A stretch of DNA of 64,000 nucleotides from Tubiluchus corallicola (Eukaryota; Animalia; Priapulida): positions 456,007 to 520,006 of the forward strand of contig JAQGDQ010000138.1 in the NCBI GenBank assembly GCA_030141605.1. The letters are read 5' to 3'. Position 1 is the stretch's first letter. Every line of letters starts with the position of its first letter. Below, piece after piece: positions 25,103 through 38,800 of the stretch. The notes beneath the pieces were generated by a model. The model worked only from the letters and a program-made list of their open reading frames with translations. It ran no database searches and was not told where the DNA came from. The position numbers were made by a program, and so were the translations under genes.

Positions 25103-27968
25103 TTTGAAGAAAAAGGCTGCAACTTTTGTGATTTTAACATGTGGTACAGTTAAAAGTTGACTAAATAATATTCTATTTATAAGGTGATGTACAAGTATTT
25201 AAAACAAATAGGCCTATTATATAGTTTGTATAAATGCATGGGTGTATATTTCATATTGTTCACTCTTGGATGATACAGTACTGAATATGCATTAAGTTCT
25301 CGCTTAGGTTCATATGAATTTTTATATAATATTTAGACATTAGCTTCAGTATATAGGATGCTGTGACGTATAAAATTTATTTTACACCGTCAGTATATCT
25401 CAGTGCTTCTCAGTGTATCTTTGCCACATGAACTAATGGCCTATTACTACAATGCACCAAATAATGACTAGTAGTTTTAGGTCTTTGATGCCAGGGGACA
25501 GCTAACATGTTATGCATTCAGTTTTTTTTGTTTCAACTGGTATGTAGTTCAATATACTACATTAAGGTTTCCAGAGCCCTGCATCTTAGAGATTACTGAC
25601 GGAAATATTTGAAAATTTGTATTTCATTGTGACCCAAAGCCATTGCACTTTTAGCACTGATTACTTGTTCAATGCCGATTTTTTTTATATTAGTTTTATT
25701 TCATTATTGGCTATGACAAAACCCGGAGTCATGACACACATGTATTTAGTGTTAGTCTTTAATGAAATTTCCATAAAACCATTTGACTACAACCCTTGTC
25801 TAGGCATTATTTTTTACTAACATATGCGAGTATGGTAATAATATGGTAGAAATTTTGCTTGTTTTATCACTCACAATTGTCAAGTGTATGGAAATAACAT
25901 TCACAGTACAGATTATTTTGATCAATCAGCACATTTTTTCGTTGGCGGCTAAATGATCTTTCATTAACTCTATTCTGTAAATCGTAAATTTTTTAATCCT
26001 CAGAGGGTGAAATTACAAACTTTAAAACTTCCTTTAACTGTTTAATCTATGTTCATACATATCACTAGCAACATTATTCAACCTGCTACAGAAATTAACT
26101 AGAAATTGATACGCAAATCAGCAACGACCAGCGTGAGGCCAACAAATCTGGCATGTGTTTACAAAATTATTTTGCCTAGTTTGCCTTAAATTTTATTTGT
26201 GGATTGTGGGAATTACTGAGAAATACCATGTCAAGTAGTTTGCTAATACCCCCCCCCCCCGAGACCAAATACAATTTTTTAAGTTAGGATGATTTGCAAT
26301 TCAATGCAAGGATACTTTGTAGTCTTTTGTTTAGCTTATTTTTTTCAAAACTGTAAAAAGGGATAAGACTTCAGTCAAGTAATGATGACATGCTATTCAA
26401 CGGTGATACGTGAGGTAAGAGAAGCCTCGGCTTATAATAGTAATAGTAGATGGTGCCACGTTTCATAGGATAATTTGCACAGTAAAATATTTTCCTACGT
26501 GTACAGTGCCTGTTATCATGAACTGATTATTATTAAACCATTGACCGATACAGGACCAATGTTCAAGAATCAGTTTGCAGTTGCTTTTTATTTCAAATAA
26601 ATGTTTTTTTCTTCACTGGTGGCTATTATTCAACTAGCAATTTCTTAATTTGTTATTGGCAAGTTTGTTTTCAAGCAAACTTTATTCTGTGGCACTTTAT
26701 ATTGTAATTTAGCATAACATTTATAATAAACATTGATGCATTTGGGCAGAAGTTATAACATGTTTTAACATAATTATATTATCTGTAATATTTTTCTTTT
26801 AGTTTTGCAGTGTAACATAGCAAATGAAAGCTATTCTTGCATGATCATAAGTACACTATTTTTAGTAACGGATTTGCAAGTCAGGTAGTAAAATACCACA
26901 CTAGACTGCAGAATGCACAATGTAAAAGATTCATTACGTATGGTTGATAAGTTGATTAAAACCATTACTCTCTGTTTGACTTGTAATGTTTGTACATAAT
27001 AATATAAGCTGCTATTATAATTAAAGCTCATTCATTTCTTTATTATATTTGTTCTACATTACAACAAAACATTTTAATCAGCATTACTACAACCATTTTA
27101 AATAGTAACTAAATCGAATTGGTTTACAAATAAATAAAAAATATTTTGTTAGAAAGTACATGTGTTAATAATATAGTCTGCTATGCATACTGTGTAGTTT
27201 TTTTGCATATATTTATTTTGTGACTTTAAAATTAAATTTTTCATGCTGCTATTTATTTTTGCAGTTTGAGAATCTCGAAACTGTACAAGAAACAATAAAC
27301 AACATTAACTTTCATTACTGCTATGTCATGTTGAATTTTCAGTTCCTAATAGCACAGACTGTCTCCATGTATATGCGTATGAAAACGTATGTTCAGAATA
27401 AGTAACTTTAGCTGCCATTGCTGCACGTTAGTGCAATGAGAATCCCATCCTGACTTAGTGTTTGTAGTTTAAATAAAAAGTATAAGCATAAGTAATATAA
27501 TGAGCTCAATTTATCCTTTACCCCCAATCGTTATGCAGGTCCATGATATGCATAATTACTGTGCATTTCTTTGAAAGAAGCAATTGTTGGAATTTACCTA
27601 GCTTGCAAAAATTCTTCCCTCAACTATGGAATTTTCTGCTACTCTTGTTGACACTACTTCATCTATCACTGTATTATTGTCAGGTATCTGAGCCTACATT
27701 GTGAATGTGATTTTAACTCACAATTATCTGGATTTGCAATTGATTCATCTTGTTGTTATAATCTTGGTTGCACTACAGTTGTATTTTGTGAGTTCTGTTA
27801 TGAAGACAACAAAATCTGCAATTGGATAACAAGCAAATCACGATATAGCAATGTGACTCCTGTCTTGGACGGCATTATATGGACTGGATAAAGCATTCGT
27901 CTGTAAGGATGCTTTCAAGATACAGTAATATGACCATTATCTTGGAAAGTATTACTTGGTTATCTGTG

Positions 27969-30900
27969 TTAAGTATTCATCTGTGAGCATGCCTTCCGAA
28001 TATCATTTTTTAAACAATCGGGTATTTGCAGGTTCTCTACTTCATCTCCATTCAGCAGACTACAGATGACTTGTATACATCGTCTCATTAAAGAATAAAC
28101 TAGAAAAAACAAAAAGTGAGAATAAATACTATATTGCAAAATTCAGGATGATGCTTTGTTGCATTACTACAATACATTATGTGGGTTAATTGAGATCTGT
28201 GCATGAGTCATTTCGTGATTTTAATTCACATTATTTTAATGTGGAAAGAAAATTAAGTAAAAAGGACCCTACTTAACACAGCAAAGTTTTAGTTTCTATG
28301 TTTTAAATTAAAATGGCCTAGTTAAAATATTCGAATGCCAAGTGCCAGACGAATATTGGCGGATCCAGCATCCACTAAATGCACAGCAAATTTTAACTGC
28401 CTATTAGTCCAAAGAAGTGGCAATAATTTAAAACTATTACAGCAAAAATTTATATTATAACAAACATATATAGCATGGAACATATTTTACAACATAGGTT
28501 GCAGTTAGCATGAACTTTAAAGATACTGTAATCACTGTCAGTTGCTTTGGTGATGTCAATTATGACATGTTTACCTGGTGCACCTTTTTGGAAAAGTTAG
28601 AATACTTTATTTTGGGAAAAACGGGCCATTTTTGGAGATTTTTCACCCGCATTCCTCCCTGTGCCAATAATAAACCATCAATGGGACCACACTAGAGCGA
28701 GAACCTTCGTTTGATAAATAGATTGTCAAAAATAGTGCGGTCATTGAAGTTGTAGTCATGGAAATTACATATAAACAAATAAATATGTACACATACATAT
28801 CTAGGGATTTAATATACAGATAGCTACATAAAAGCATTAAATGTAATACGGCTACATAATTGCCTGTTTTGGTAGAAATTTACTTTGGGCCGTTAGACAG
28901 AGTTTTAGAGTAGGATGATATAAAGTGCATAATTGACATGTAAAGACAGCTTAGTAGAGGCAGAGACAATGATAGTGTTATTTTTGATACTGCCGTTTCT
29001 CCAACAAATATCACTGATGTTATCTGGCAGCAGTTAGATGTTGAAATGGCACTTTTTGTGCTTTTACTTATGCAAAAATATGTTATTTACGAATTTTATT
29101 AACTGTTTACTGGAAGAATTAGTCAATTTTTCTTTATTTGAAATTATTTCTGTAAAAGTAATTATAGTTCAAGATAAAAATGAATAATTGTGAATACAAG
29201 CGTACAGGGTATTATCATCAAATTCTTATTTTTGAACCAGGTACTGTATATATGATAAGAATGTGTTCAAAGGGATGTATTACATTTCTAAATGAACACT
29301 AGTAAAGAATTGCTTAGTTTTTTATGTAATTCAGGAACAAATTCAATCACATAAATGCCAATTGAATCAGATAATTAGATCATTGGTAGAGCTGCTCTGT
29401 GTCTTATTTGCAAATTTGTGTCTTATGTGCCACATTGAAAGATTTCCTGAATTCCTGAAATCCATAGAACAAACACCTTGTCAGTGTAATAAGTTTGATG
29501 CACTTGTACATGTTGCTGTGTGTAATGCCAATCCACAAAACAGTAATACTTGAATAAAATGTTGATGCAAAATACTAGCTATATAAACTCAGTTGGCCAG
29601 GACTTTTATTATGAGCTTAATTAATAGCTGACTTAAGACCAGTAATACTTGTTCAACGTATTCACCTGGAATTGTAATGTTTACAAAATCTGTTTGTACA
29701 ATGCAATCATTTCTCAGCGGCGGTCTTGGAAAGTAGACATCTTTGTAAAAAGCTACAAGCTTGTCTTTGGTTTTTTTGTCTCTAAAAATCCATGGATGTG
29801 TAACAAAAGTGTTTACATCAAACCATTCGCCAGGTCTAAGAGTATTGTATCTGAAAATTGTATCAAGAATTACCTACATGTAGATGAACAAAATTTATGC
29901 GACGAAAAATATTTCACCATCCATTCAGTAGAAACCGTTAAAATATTTTTCACCTTACTGCAAAATGAAGTGGAAGTATATTAACAAAGCAAACAAACTT
30001 TTGTGTATTAGTTAGCTACCATGTTAATACAAATTAGAAAATACAAATTGAAAATGCACCTTGAATCTTATTACCTTTGACGCACAATAAGGACCCTAAT
30101 ATCTAAATATTTCTAGTTATTAGTAATTGTCAATAAAGTGACTTTACAGAAGTTATTTCCATCAATAAAATGAAAGGCATTTATGCCTTTTCAGTGCTAC
30201 GTTCCCAAATGATTTTTTATGAAATTTGCAAGGTAGTTCATATTGAAATTTAATTGAAGGGTGAGCTGATCAAATACATTTAGATATCGGAGGCGATGGG
30301 AAAAATAAGTGTTAAGCTTCTTACTGGGCGCTGTAATATTATATCATTGCTCAAACTGGTAGCAACTAGACACTGAACTGTGACTTGTTCTAAAAGTGAA
30401 TGACACACTTGAAGTCTGGATAATTTAGTAATTAATATAAATTAACTATTATAAAACCATCGACAAAACATTATGTAAGCCAACAATTTATTTATTCAGT
30501 CAAGTGAACTGACATTTTGATTGCATTCCCATCATCAGCAATTTTAATGTTTTATTAGATAATTTGCAATCTTAAAATGATATAAAGTTGCTATCACTGC
30601 ATTTCTAATCTAAAAAAAGTATAACAAATTTAATGGTTATTAAATTACTGCAATAATTACTTCAATGCATGCACGAGTAAGAAATACAAAATGAACTGCA
30701 TTTACGATATCATTTAATAGTTAATCACGTGTATTTCTATAGGATAGTGCACACTAACATAGCCAGCACAGAAATGCTTGCAAGCTGGTAAGTGACGTGA
30801 AACACATTAGTCTATCGCTCTGCCTCCGCAGTGACGTAAGCACGCTGAGTGGCATTCAGGACTTCAGCTCCCGCTGAACAACAGTTCTTTTTAGTAAACA

Positions 30901-32435
30901 ATATGACAACTAATGTGATCATGCTTTTTCATTCACAAAATTTGCAAGGTAGCAGATATTTTAACAAGAAATTAAAACTTTAAGTAACCAAAAATTTCAT
31001 CACAATTTAAGGAGAATGTAGCGAGAAAGTTTCAAAGAACTACAAAATGCAAAGAGTGCCTAGTCGGGTTATTATTACAAAGGAACTAAGCTAGTTAAGC
31101 CTAGCTTTAAGTCAAATGGGCAACAAAATCTGTTTATGAAGTGTCTTTTGCCTTGAATATATGAACACATCATGTATATGTTCTACATTTAACAGATCAC
31201 GTGGTCGTTCGCAAGCTTCTATCTACTTTTTGCATTTTTTCAACTGTTTGTTAGACTACAGAAATGGAATGAATTTGATTGTTCAATTCCGTAGATGATC
31301 TTGCCCAAGCTACCTAACTCATAAGTCCCAATGGCATCTTTTAGCCAAAATTATAACCAGAAGAATAGCATTTTATTGACTATTTCAGGATACAAATTTT
31401 ACATTGATATATAACATAAATTTTGACCACATTTGAATTAATTTGGACTGTGAAGATCTTATTGAGGTTTATAAAAACTGACCAGCAAAGAAAATTTTTT
31501 GCCTGAAAATCTCTGAAAAAAATTTGCCTGAAAGTGAATTCCCATGAGTGTGCTCGCTTATTACATAATCCGAACAGTTGTCACATGTTCCCATAGATGA
31601 GTTCAACTCTGTCTCACTAGGCCTCAACTATTGCTAACTGGCCATTCCTATATAACCTGTGCTATAATTTTATATCTGCCAACTCGGGCTTCAATATAAA
31701 GTTATAAATTTCATTATCACCTTTGTTCAAGTAGGCCATTTTACATTTGCGATCATTAAAGCAGCAAAATATGATTGACCTAATTAACCTCATTAAGTTA
31801 ATTTGTATTTTTAAGGTTAATTAAATACATGTCTTTATCTAGCTTGCAAGGTTGTACATTAACCTAAACTGCATATTTTATTACTAACAAATTCAGTAAC
31901 TCATAGACGTAAGTGCCTGGCAAAAATTGATAGGGATTTCGATTGTGATATGGTGCCCTCTTCGTGATTTTTGTTGTATAAAAATTAATTTCTCATACAG
32001 GAAAGTAGACGTAAGGCATAAAATTATACAATACTCACGAAAGCCCAAGTAAAAAATGAAAGAGTTTCACTTAGACAGATTTAGTGCATCTTTAAATGCA
32101 ACTATTTCAAACTACGTATAACACTGCTACGTACCACGCAATAGATGACTCAGATTTCTAATGTGCTTTTTCAACAGTAACATATATAACAATAAACTGA
32201 TCTATGTAATAATAATGGTAATATAAAGCATTTCATGTAAACTACATCCATCTAAACAGTATCAGTAAACTATAAATATAATTTAGTATTACCTTCTTAG
32301 CTCACCTTCATAACTGACCCAATAAACGTCTGTCGTTCTACTAGTCTTATTGAAAAATCTTACTGATGATGGTTGTGTGGAAGATTCCGATCTTAATACC
32401 CCCGAATATTCCCACATTTCCCCAGCTTCTGCCAT
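27969..32435 (-). CDS. VHL: von Hippel-Lindau protein homologue (E3 ligase substrate receptor), 152 aa. Coding exons 32435-32293, 29850-29666, 28099-27969
   Basis: Spliced product MAEAGEMWEYSGVLRSESSTQPSSVRFFNKTSRTTDVYWVSYEGELRRYNTLRPGEWFDVNTFVTHPWIFRDKKTKDKLVAFYKDVYFPRPPLRNDCIVQTDFVNITIPVYSLMRRCIQVICSLLNGDEVENLQIPDCLKNDIRKACSQMNT*. It aligns to recalled VHL (VLRSVNSREPSQVIFCN...WLNFDG...HLWLFRD...NITLPVYTLKERCLQVV). Splice sites are canonical. An acceptor at 32450-32451 implies an upstream non-coding exon. Confidence 0.93.
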
Positions 32436-32610
32436 TCACTTAGTAAATACTGAAACACATATTAATGATACACATTAAAATGGTGAATAAATGACAGAAA
32501 CATTTTATGGAGTTGACTCTTCTGCTTTTACACAGTTAAATGTCTAGTTTAGTTGATGTAACTAAACTTAATGTAACTATTTCATTTGCGTCTATGGAGT
32601 ACAGACTGTT

Positions 32611-33557
32611 GGGCACCGAGTAACCCACTAGCCGAAGTAGGACAATTGGCGTACATGGGCTAGTCCAAGTAGGACGCGTTGTACATAGACAGCCCAAGTA
32701 GGACGTGTCGTACATGGGCTGCCCAAATAGGACACTAAAGACAGGTAGCGAATTGAGTTGTTAAGCATACTGGCATCGTCCGCTGTCTCCTTGTTTATGT
32801 AATATTAATAATAATTAAAAACGTCAATACACGTTGAATAATTTATTATACATCTGAGCTGGTACAATGGACAATATTAAATTTGGCTTTGATATTAATG
32901 TTGTTGAAGTGAAATAAACCCACTTTTTAGGCGAGTTCAACATTAAATTGTGTTTAAGGTATATTATTTTTTATTTTGTCTCGCTTCACAGACAGGTGAT
33001 CCGTTTCACTACCTCTTGGACAAATAATTGTTTTCTCCTAAGTAAGCGGTCTAGCGATCTATGTGCTCTACAAGGGCTAGCGAGCCATTTATGACAGGGC
33101 CTTATATGTTACAACACTATTGATATTATTAAAACTAATTGTCTTTGCTTTTCCTAAGAAGTTAAAAATTAATTTTTCGTGTTGTGAAGGCTTAACAGTA
33201 TCTGTCTCATTTTTAAACTTGCAATTATTTCTGTAATAATATTGTGCATAGTTTTCCTCTTTAAAGTATTCAATACTTAGTCTAATGTTATGATTTTAAT
33301 GAAGCTAATAACACTGATGATACCATTGTAAAAAATATATTAATTTTGTAAATTATCATCCATAATTATTATGAAGTTAGTTTTTTTGTAAAACAATTTT
33401 AGTGCTACGTTTTATTATGTCATCATAATTCTCGATTGATGACAAAAAACGCCAGTGCCCATTTGGGCTGCCCACGTACGATACTGCTTTTCCGGTAATT
33501 TAGCACATGCGCTTTACCGGAAATGTCTTACTTCAGTTAGTGGATTACTCGGTGCCC
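32611..33557. mobile_element. MITE with about 35-bp TIRs and 29-bp subterminal tandem repeats (PIF/Harbinger-like termini, superfamily uncertain)
   Basis: GGGCACCGAGTAACCCACTAGCCGAAGTAGGACA at left and the reverse complement of GGGCACCGAGTAATCCACTAACTGAAGTAAGACA at right. CCAAGTAGGAC...GTACATGGGC units occur 3-4 times at 32632-32735, with one inverted at about 33455-33480. No clear TSD. Confidence 0.75.
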
Positions 33558-33604
33558 TACATAGACAACCAGCCTCATAATGTTCGCTCCATCATCATCA
33601 TCAT

Positions 33605-34948
33605 CGTCATCCAATGAATCACACGTCCAGTGACATGATTCTGGTCACCTCCCTATGCCAGGACTGCCTGCTCGCGCAATGCCCCAAATACATTTATTTT
33701 TAAGGATCAATGCTGAAGTGTTTAAATCTTTCTGTGCAAAATCTAAATATGTTAGCATTTGCCCTCCTGCAGGTTTTTTAGCTGGTTCTATGGCTTGTTG
33801 AAGAGCTATCTTCACTGGAATATCATCAGGTAGTCTAAGCATATGCCCAGGCAGCATGAGATTATGGATATCCATAAAATAAGACCAAAAATCCACAAAA
33901 TAAAATTTGAAAAATCCATAAAATAAGAAATGCATAAAATAAAAAAATATTTTTTTGAGATTTTTTTGTACAAAATAAGGCAATCAAAACTGAATACAGG
34001 CATTGGATCGGAAACTTCAGCCTAGAGGGCATTCTACATTCGTACCAAATAGATGAATTACTTGAACTGAAGTGATGAATTATAAGGCATTGTCTCGTAA
34101 AATTTGGTTAAATTTGAAGTGATATGAAACCGATAAAATTAAAACTAAGTCCTGCGTGTTTAATTGATTTCCCCCTGGGCATCTCTTTCCAGATATAGTC
34201 TATTTCTTATTTTATTGATATCCATAAAATAAAACTTCAGAAATCCATAAAATAAGCTATTTTATTTATTTTATACATATCCATAATCTTATGCACCCTG
34301 CATATGCCCAATCCATCTTAAATGGCGTCTTTTTATTTTTCTTGTCCAAGGTTCTTCTTTTATTTTTTCATATAGATCTTTGTTTGAAATTTTCTTTGGC
34401 CATCTAATACCCAAAATGTTTTTGTAATTTCGCCTTTGAAACGCATCGATTTAAGCTTTATGATTTGCTTTTAATGTTCAGAGCTCAGAGTTATACAGAA
34501 ATACAGTTTCAACTAAGGCTGAGAATATTCTAATTTTTGTTTCCAAAGTAATGTTCCTATTCTCAAAAACTTTTGTGAGTTTTGAGTAAGCTGATAATGC
34601 CATTATCTTCCGTCTTGATATGTCGTGTTCTGTTGCCAGTAGACTACCGAGATACTTGCATCTTTGCCATGATTCATCACCATGGCGTTATGTGAAACTC
34701 TTCAGTTTTATTTTTGTTTACAACGAGATCCATTCTGTTCAGTTTCTCCTCTATTGAGTTTTTTATTTCATCTACTTCTGCTTTGTTTCTTGTAACCCAT
34801 GCCACATCATCAGCATATTGCATAGATATAGTAGTTGACTTACTTTGTAGAAAGCTGTAACTGTGTTCTTGTCTTACTTCATTCGGTATTACTTCAGGAT
34901 CAAGAATTGTGTAGTTGTGATCTTCTAGGTCTTTCAATGATATAACTT
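33605..34948 (-). mobile_element. 5'-truncated, decayed RTE-like LINE (reverse transcriptase C-terminal half)
   Basis: Minus frames give MQYADDVAWV...KNKTE, IDAFQRRNYKNILGIRWPKKISNKDLYEK...KRRHLRWIGHM|LRLPDDIPVKIAL. It has a (GAT)n 3' tail and is flanked by the 24-bp direct repeat TGTTCGCTCCATCATCATCATCAT (33581-33604, 34949-34972). Confidence 0.88.
33848..34300. mobile_element. hAT-type MITE nested in the LINE
   Basis: TIRs CAGGCAGCATGAGATTATGGATAT / ATATCCATAATCTTATGCACCCTG. Exact 8-bp TSD CATATGCC (33840-33847, 34301-34308). Internal TCCATAAAATAA subterminal repeats. Confidence 0.9.
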
Positions 34949-35548
34949 TGTTCGCTCCATCATCATCATCATACGCCCGTCACGTCTATTGTAGACATTG
35001 GGCATTCTAAAATAAAAGAAATCTGCCTTAGACAGGCAAGCGCAGCAGTAATCCACGCCCAAAATGGCTAAAAACCAATATGGGAAATCCTCAGTAGTTT
35101 TTTCAGCATCAAAGTGACGTGAAAGGAAGTCACGAAATGTGTTACGCATTTCGTTTTTGTGATTATCGGCTACACTAGCGGCATCAAACGGCGGATAATT
35201 AAAAATTTTTGAACATTGACTGTAATAATAATATTCTTAAGTTCACCAATAATGTTGGCACACGCGCAATTTCGATAAGCCAATATCACTTTTGCGTTTA
35301 TAATAAAGGAAGAATATCTCAATTAAAAGCAATTAATAGTTTAGAAGACTGAAAACATTCCATGAAAAGGAAAAAATTGTAGCAATAAGTTTGTATTATG
35401 TACTTACAAATACTCAGTCTTCTTGTCAGTAAAATTTTATTGTTCTTCCTGAGGAAAGAGGCTAGCTGACTGCGTGATGGGCTGCCTACTATGTAAAAAG
35501 TAATGCATTTTTTATTGATTTATTGATTTTTCTCTCCCTCCCTCTCTT

Positions 35549-35683
35549 AGAGAGAAAGAGAGGGATTCAGAGAGAGAGAGAGAAAGAGAGGGAGAGGAAG
35601 AGGCAGTGAAAGGGAGGGAGAGAGAGAAAGAGGGGAGAAAGAGAGAGAGAGAGAAAGAGAAAGACAGAGAGATGGAGGGAGGG

Positions 35684-35715
<32 letters not shown>

Positions 35716-35807
35716 CACGCACGCACGCATGCACACATACACACACACACACGCACGCACGCACGCACACACACACACGCACGCACACACACACACACAC
35801 ACACACA
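35549..35807. repeat. Compound (GA)n/(GACA)n/(CA,CACG)n microsatellite
   Basis: Directly visible low-complexity tract. Confidence 0.95.
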
Positions 35808-38800
35808 GATCCTTTTGTTGAAGGTTTTGCCATTTGTTTCTTGGTCGTTACTCCAATGCGAGGTGGCGGATTTGACACATTAAAAATTGCACCCATCTAT
35901 GTGCTCTGCAATTAATGTATATAATTATACATATATTATATTGTAGGTTTGCATATAAATAATTCGCACGCATACATGCACACAACAAGTAATTGCATAC
36001 GGTGCTTCATATATAAATAATCAATACAGTAGCAGAGATGAATAGGATTGAACTGGCAGCCTAGGGCGTCGTAACGTCTTGATACACCCATGCACACACA
36101 CTCATATACATGTATGATGTATGCAGTATTACATACAAAGATTCTATGAAGCCGAGCATATATATTTAACTATGTAAAATGATTACCCTTAGCACCTAGG
36201 CCTGTATAAAACCAATTAATTTAAGCCCACCAATAAATAATATTTATCAAGACTTGTCAGTGGATTTAGCCACAAGTGCTTCATTAGTACTCTTACACAA
36301 GTGCATTTTTTGCACATTAACAAACTGTATTTAGTGAACTTTTTTGACGTAAGGCTAACTGAATCTTAAAAAAATTAGGCTAAATATAAGAGACGTCTCT
36401 ACACATAATACATAAGGTGTTATGACACGCCAGCAGATTCTAATTTATGCGCCAAATTGGCTTTTCACTTGAATTCTGTAACTTGATCTTGACCTAGTTA
36501 GTTGGTTGTTATAGAGGTGGAAGTAATGTCGGCTGCTTAGGATGACAACTCTGATGTTTATTTTTTGTTCACTGATAATAAAAAAGAGGAGGAGTAATGT
36601 CGTAAGTGCATCTCTGTTTGTTCAACATGATTTCATAACCAGCTCCAACTCATAACAAAGGCCAATGTATGATTATATGCTTTTTAAACATCTTTTAACT
36701 TGGAATTAACAAAACATGCAGTTGCTTAGATTAAGTTTTGTTCTGGAAAAGTTATTTGCTCTTCTGAAACAGTCGATTTTTTTCTGTGAAAGGTATTACA
36801 CGTGAAAGTCAGGCCTAATATTTCTTCAAGTTATATTTCCTGATAAGAACATATTAAATACGAATGTTTTTTTTAGAAAAAAATCTTTCTCCAGAAATAG
36901 AATACTACATAAGCCAGGCATTTGCAAACTTTCTTTATGATCAACTTTCTTAACTGTAAATAAGCCTATTAATTTTCATGAGATATGAATATAATAGTTT
37001 TTATTTTAGTTACTAATTATTCTTAAAGCCTTATGCTTGCGTTAAATAATATTCATATTCAAAAGTATAACAGCCGCTATAAATCGCCAAAGACAGATGT
37101 AGGCCTTGCAGTCTTTGCTTAATGTACAAAATATTTAACTTGTAACAAAAGGTACAAAACCATGTGATAATTGGCATTTTGTTACAAGTTAAATGAGCAC
37201 CTGTCCACCGGCCTGGCTTTGCTGGTCTCATCAATTCATCTGCTACAGTACACACCAGTGCGCGAACGGCTTGCGCTATAGCGTACCTGACAACAACAGT
37301 CCGTACTGCTATGCCGCTAGGGCGACACTAACTGCGCGAAGTCTTTTTGTCTGTCTGTGCCTGTAACTGTAAAGGTGCTATGAATGCTACTTTCTACAAA
37401 GTTTTAAACAGTTTTGCACCTATTTAAGCCAGACTGTCTTTAGAGTTTTTTATATTAGTGACACCAAAGTATTTGTTAAATATGCTGAAATTAAATCAGG
37501 CATATGAGCATAGCACATTCTAAACTAGTGTATCATGTTTGAAATGTGTTGTAGGAAAACGTTATGTCCACTCGCAGTTTGCATTTCTAAAATCACAACA
37601 AGGTAGTTGAACAGTGAAAAATATTATTGATGTCCTGCTTTATTATACACAACACTGTAACACTTTCTATAAGCTGGATAATTAGAAATAGTCAGGAGAG
37701 AATAACTGTGTCATGTAGATTCTGCGAGCGCTGTGGTTGTCCTAGAAATGTGACTACCTTGTTGAATACACTAGTCAGCGTGACTAGTGTAGGCAATATT
37801 TCCATTTTACTAAGTTAAAAAAAAATCGGTAACAAAATTGATATTAGAAATATGTCTGCACTTGAAAAAAACGTGTTATTTTTCAATAGTTTTGCCGTGA
37901 TGACGAAAATGCTCTACCGAGTAATGAGGAGCCCCATGAAAGTTTGAAAGAGTAGTCCTCTTGGGTATGTCTGGCTGACTGAAGATATATCATTTTCATT
38001 CCCTGTGTTAACTGTAAATGTACGACACTTGAGTTCGTGGATGAATATACCGAAAGTAATTTCTAAAGTAAATTGCCCATAGCATTTATGAGTGAGTCTT
38101 CTAGAGCCCCACGAGAAACTCTGGACTGGCGGAAAAGAGTAGCTGAGTCAAATATTGTTTCAAGTCAACGTATGGATAAAAAAGCCTGTAATGTTGATTA
38201 TTAATAATTGCCAATTCGTCAACTGTTTAGTGCCGTAATCTTGCAGCTATTTCTTCCAGAGTCATAAATCTTGTTATGTCTAGCCGATCTAGATAGTATA
38301 TAGCAGAAATCGCTTGTGGGTTGCGATCTATAAAAGTTTGCAAAACTACTGCAACGGCTAAAAACATACAATTTCCATCCCCCTCTACTGTGATTCTTAA
38401 ATAATCTAAATTTCTTAAAAACTCGTCGAGACTACGTGGGCCTCCTGTACTTACAGCTGTAGTTTCACTTGTCTACAGATTGGTATTGTTACTTTGGAAG
38501 TGTACGATGTTTTTAAGAAGACACCACAGGGCGTTAGATATTCTTGTATGCGCAGTGGTACACTTTCGCAATCTCTTTATTTGACATGTGAATCCGAAAC
38601 TACCACTGGAATAAAATTTTCTGGCAGTGAAAAGTCAAAGTTTAGTGGTAGCTCTGGGAATGGTAAACAGATTTCATGAGGCATGGTTGTTGCATATGTG
38701 GCGAAAAGCCAATTTGATGCAAATTTTGATCTCGTGGTGCAAGCGCTTTTTCAGGCATTGTAATCTCAGAGGGTTTTTTGGGATTGTTATGTGAGAACAT

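Noticed and set aside
28330-28390. Minus-strand DAGSANIRL segment as a VHL exon
   Set aside because: It runs into a stop, and exon 29850-29666 supplies that region in correct phase.
35512-35896. CV/SL-rich and RE/HT-rich ORFs
   Set aside because: Artefacts of the compound microsatellite.
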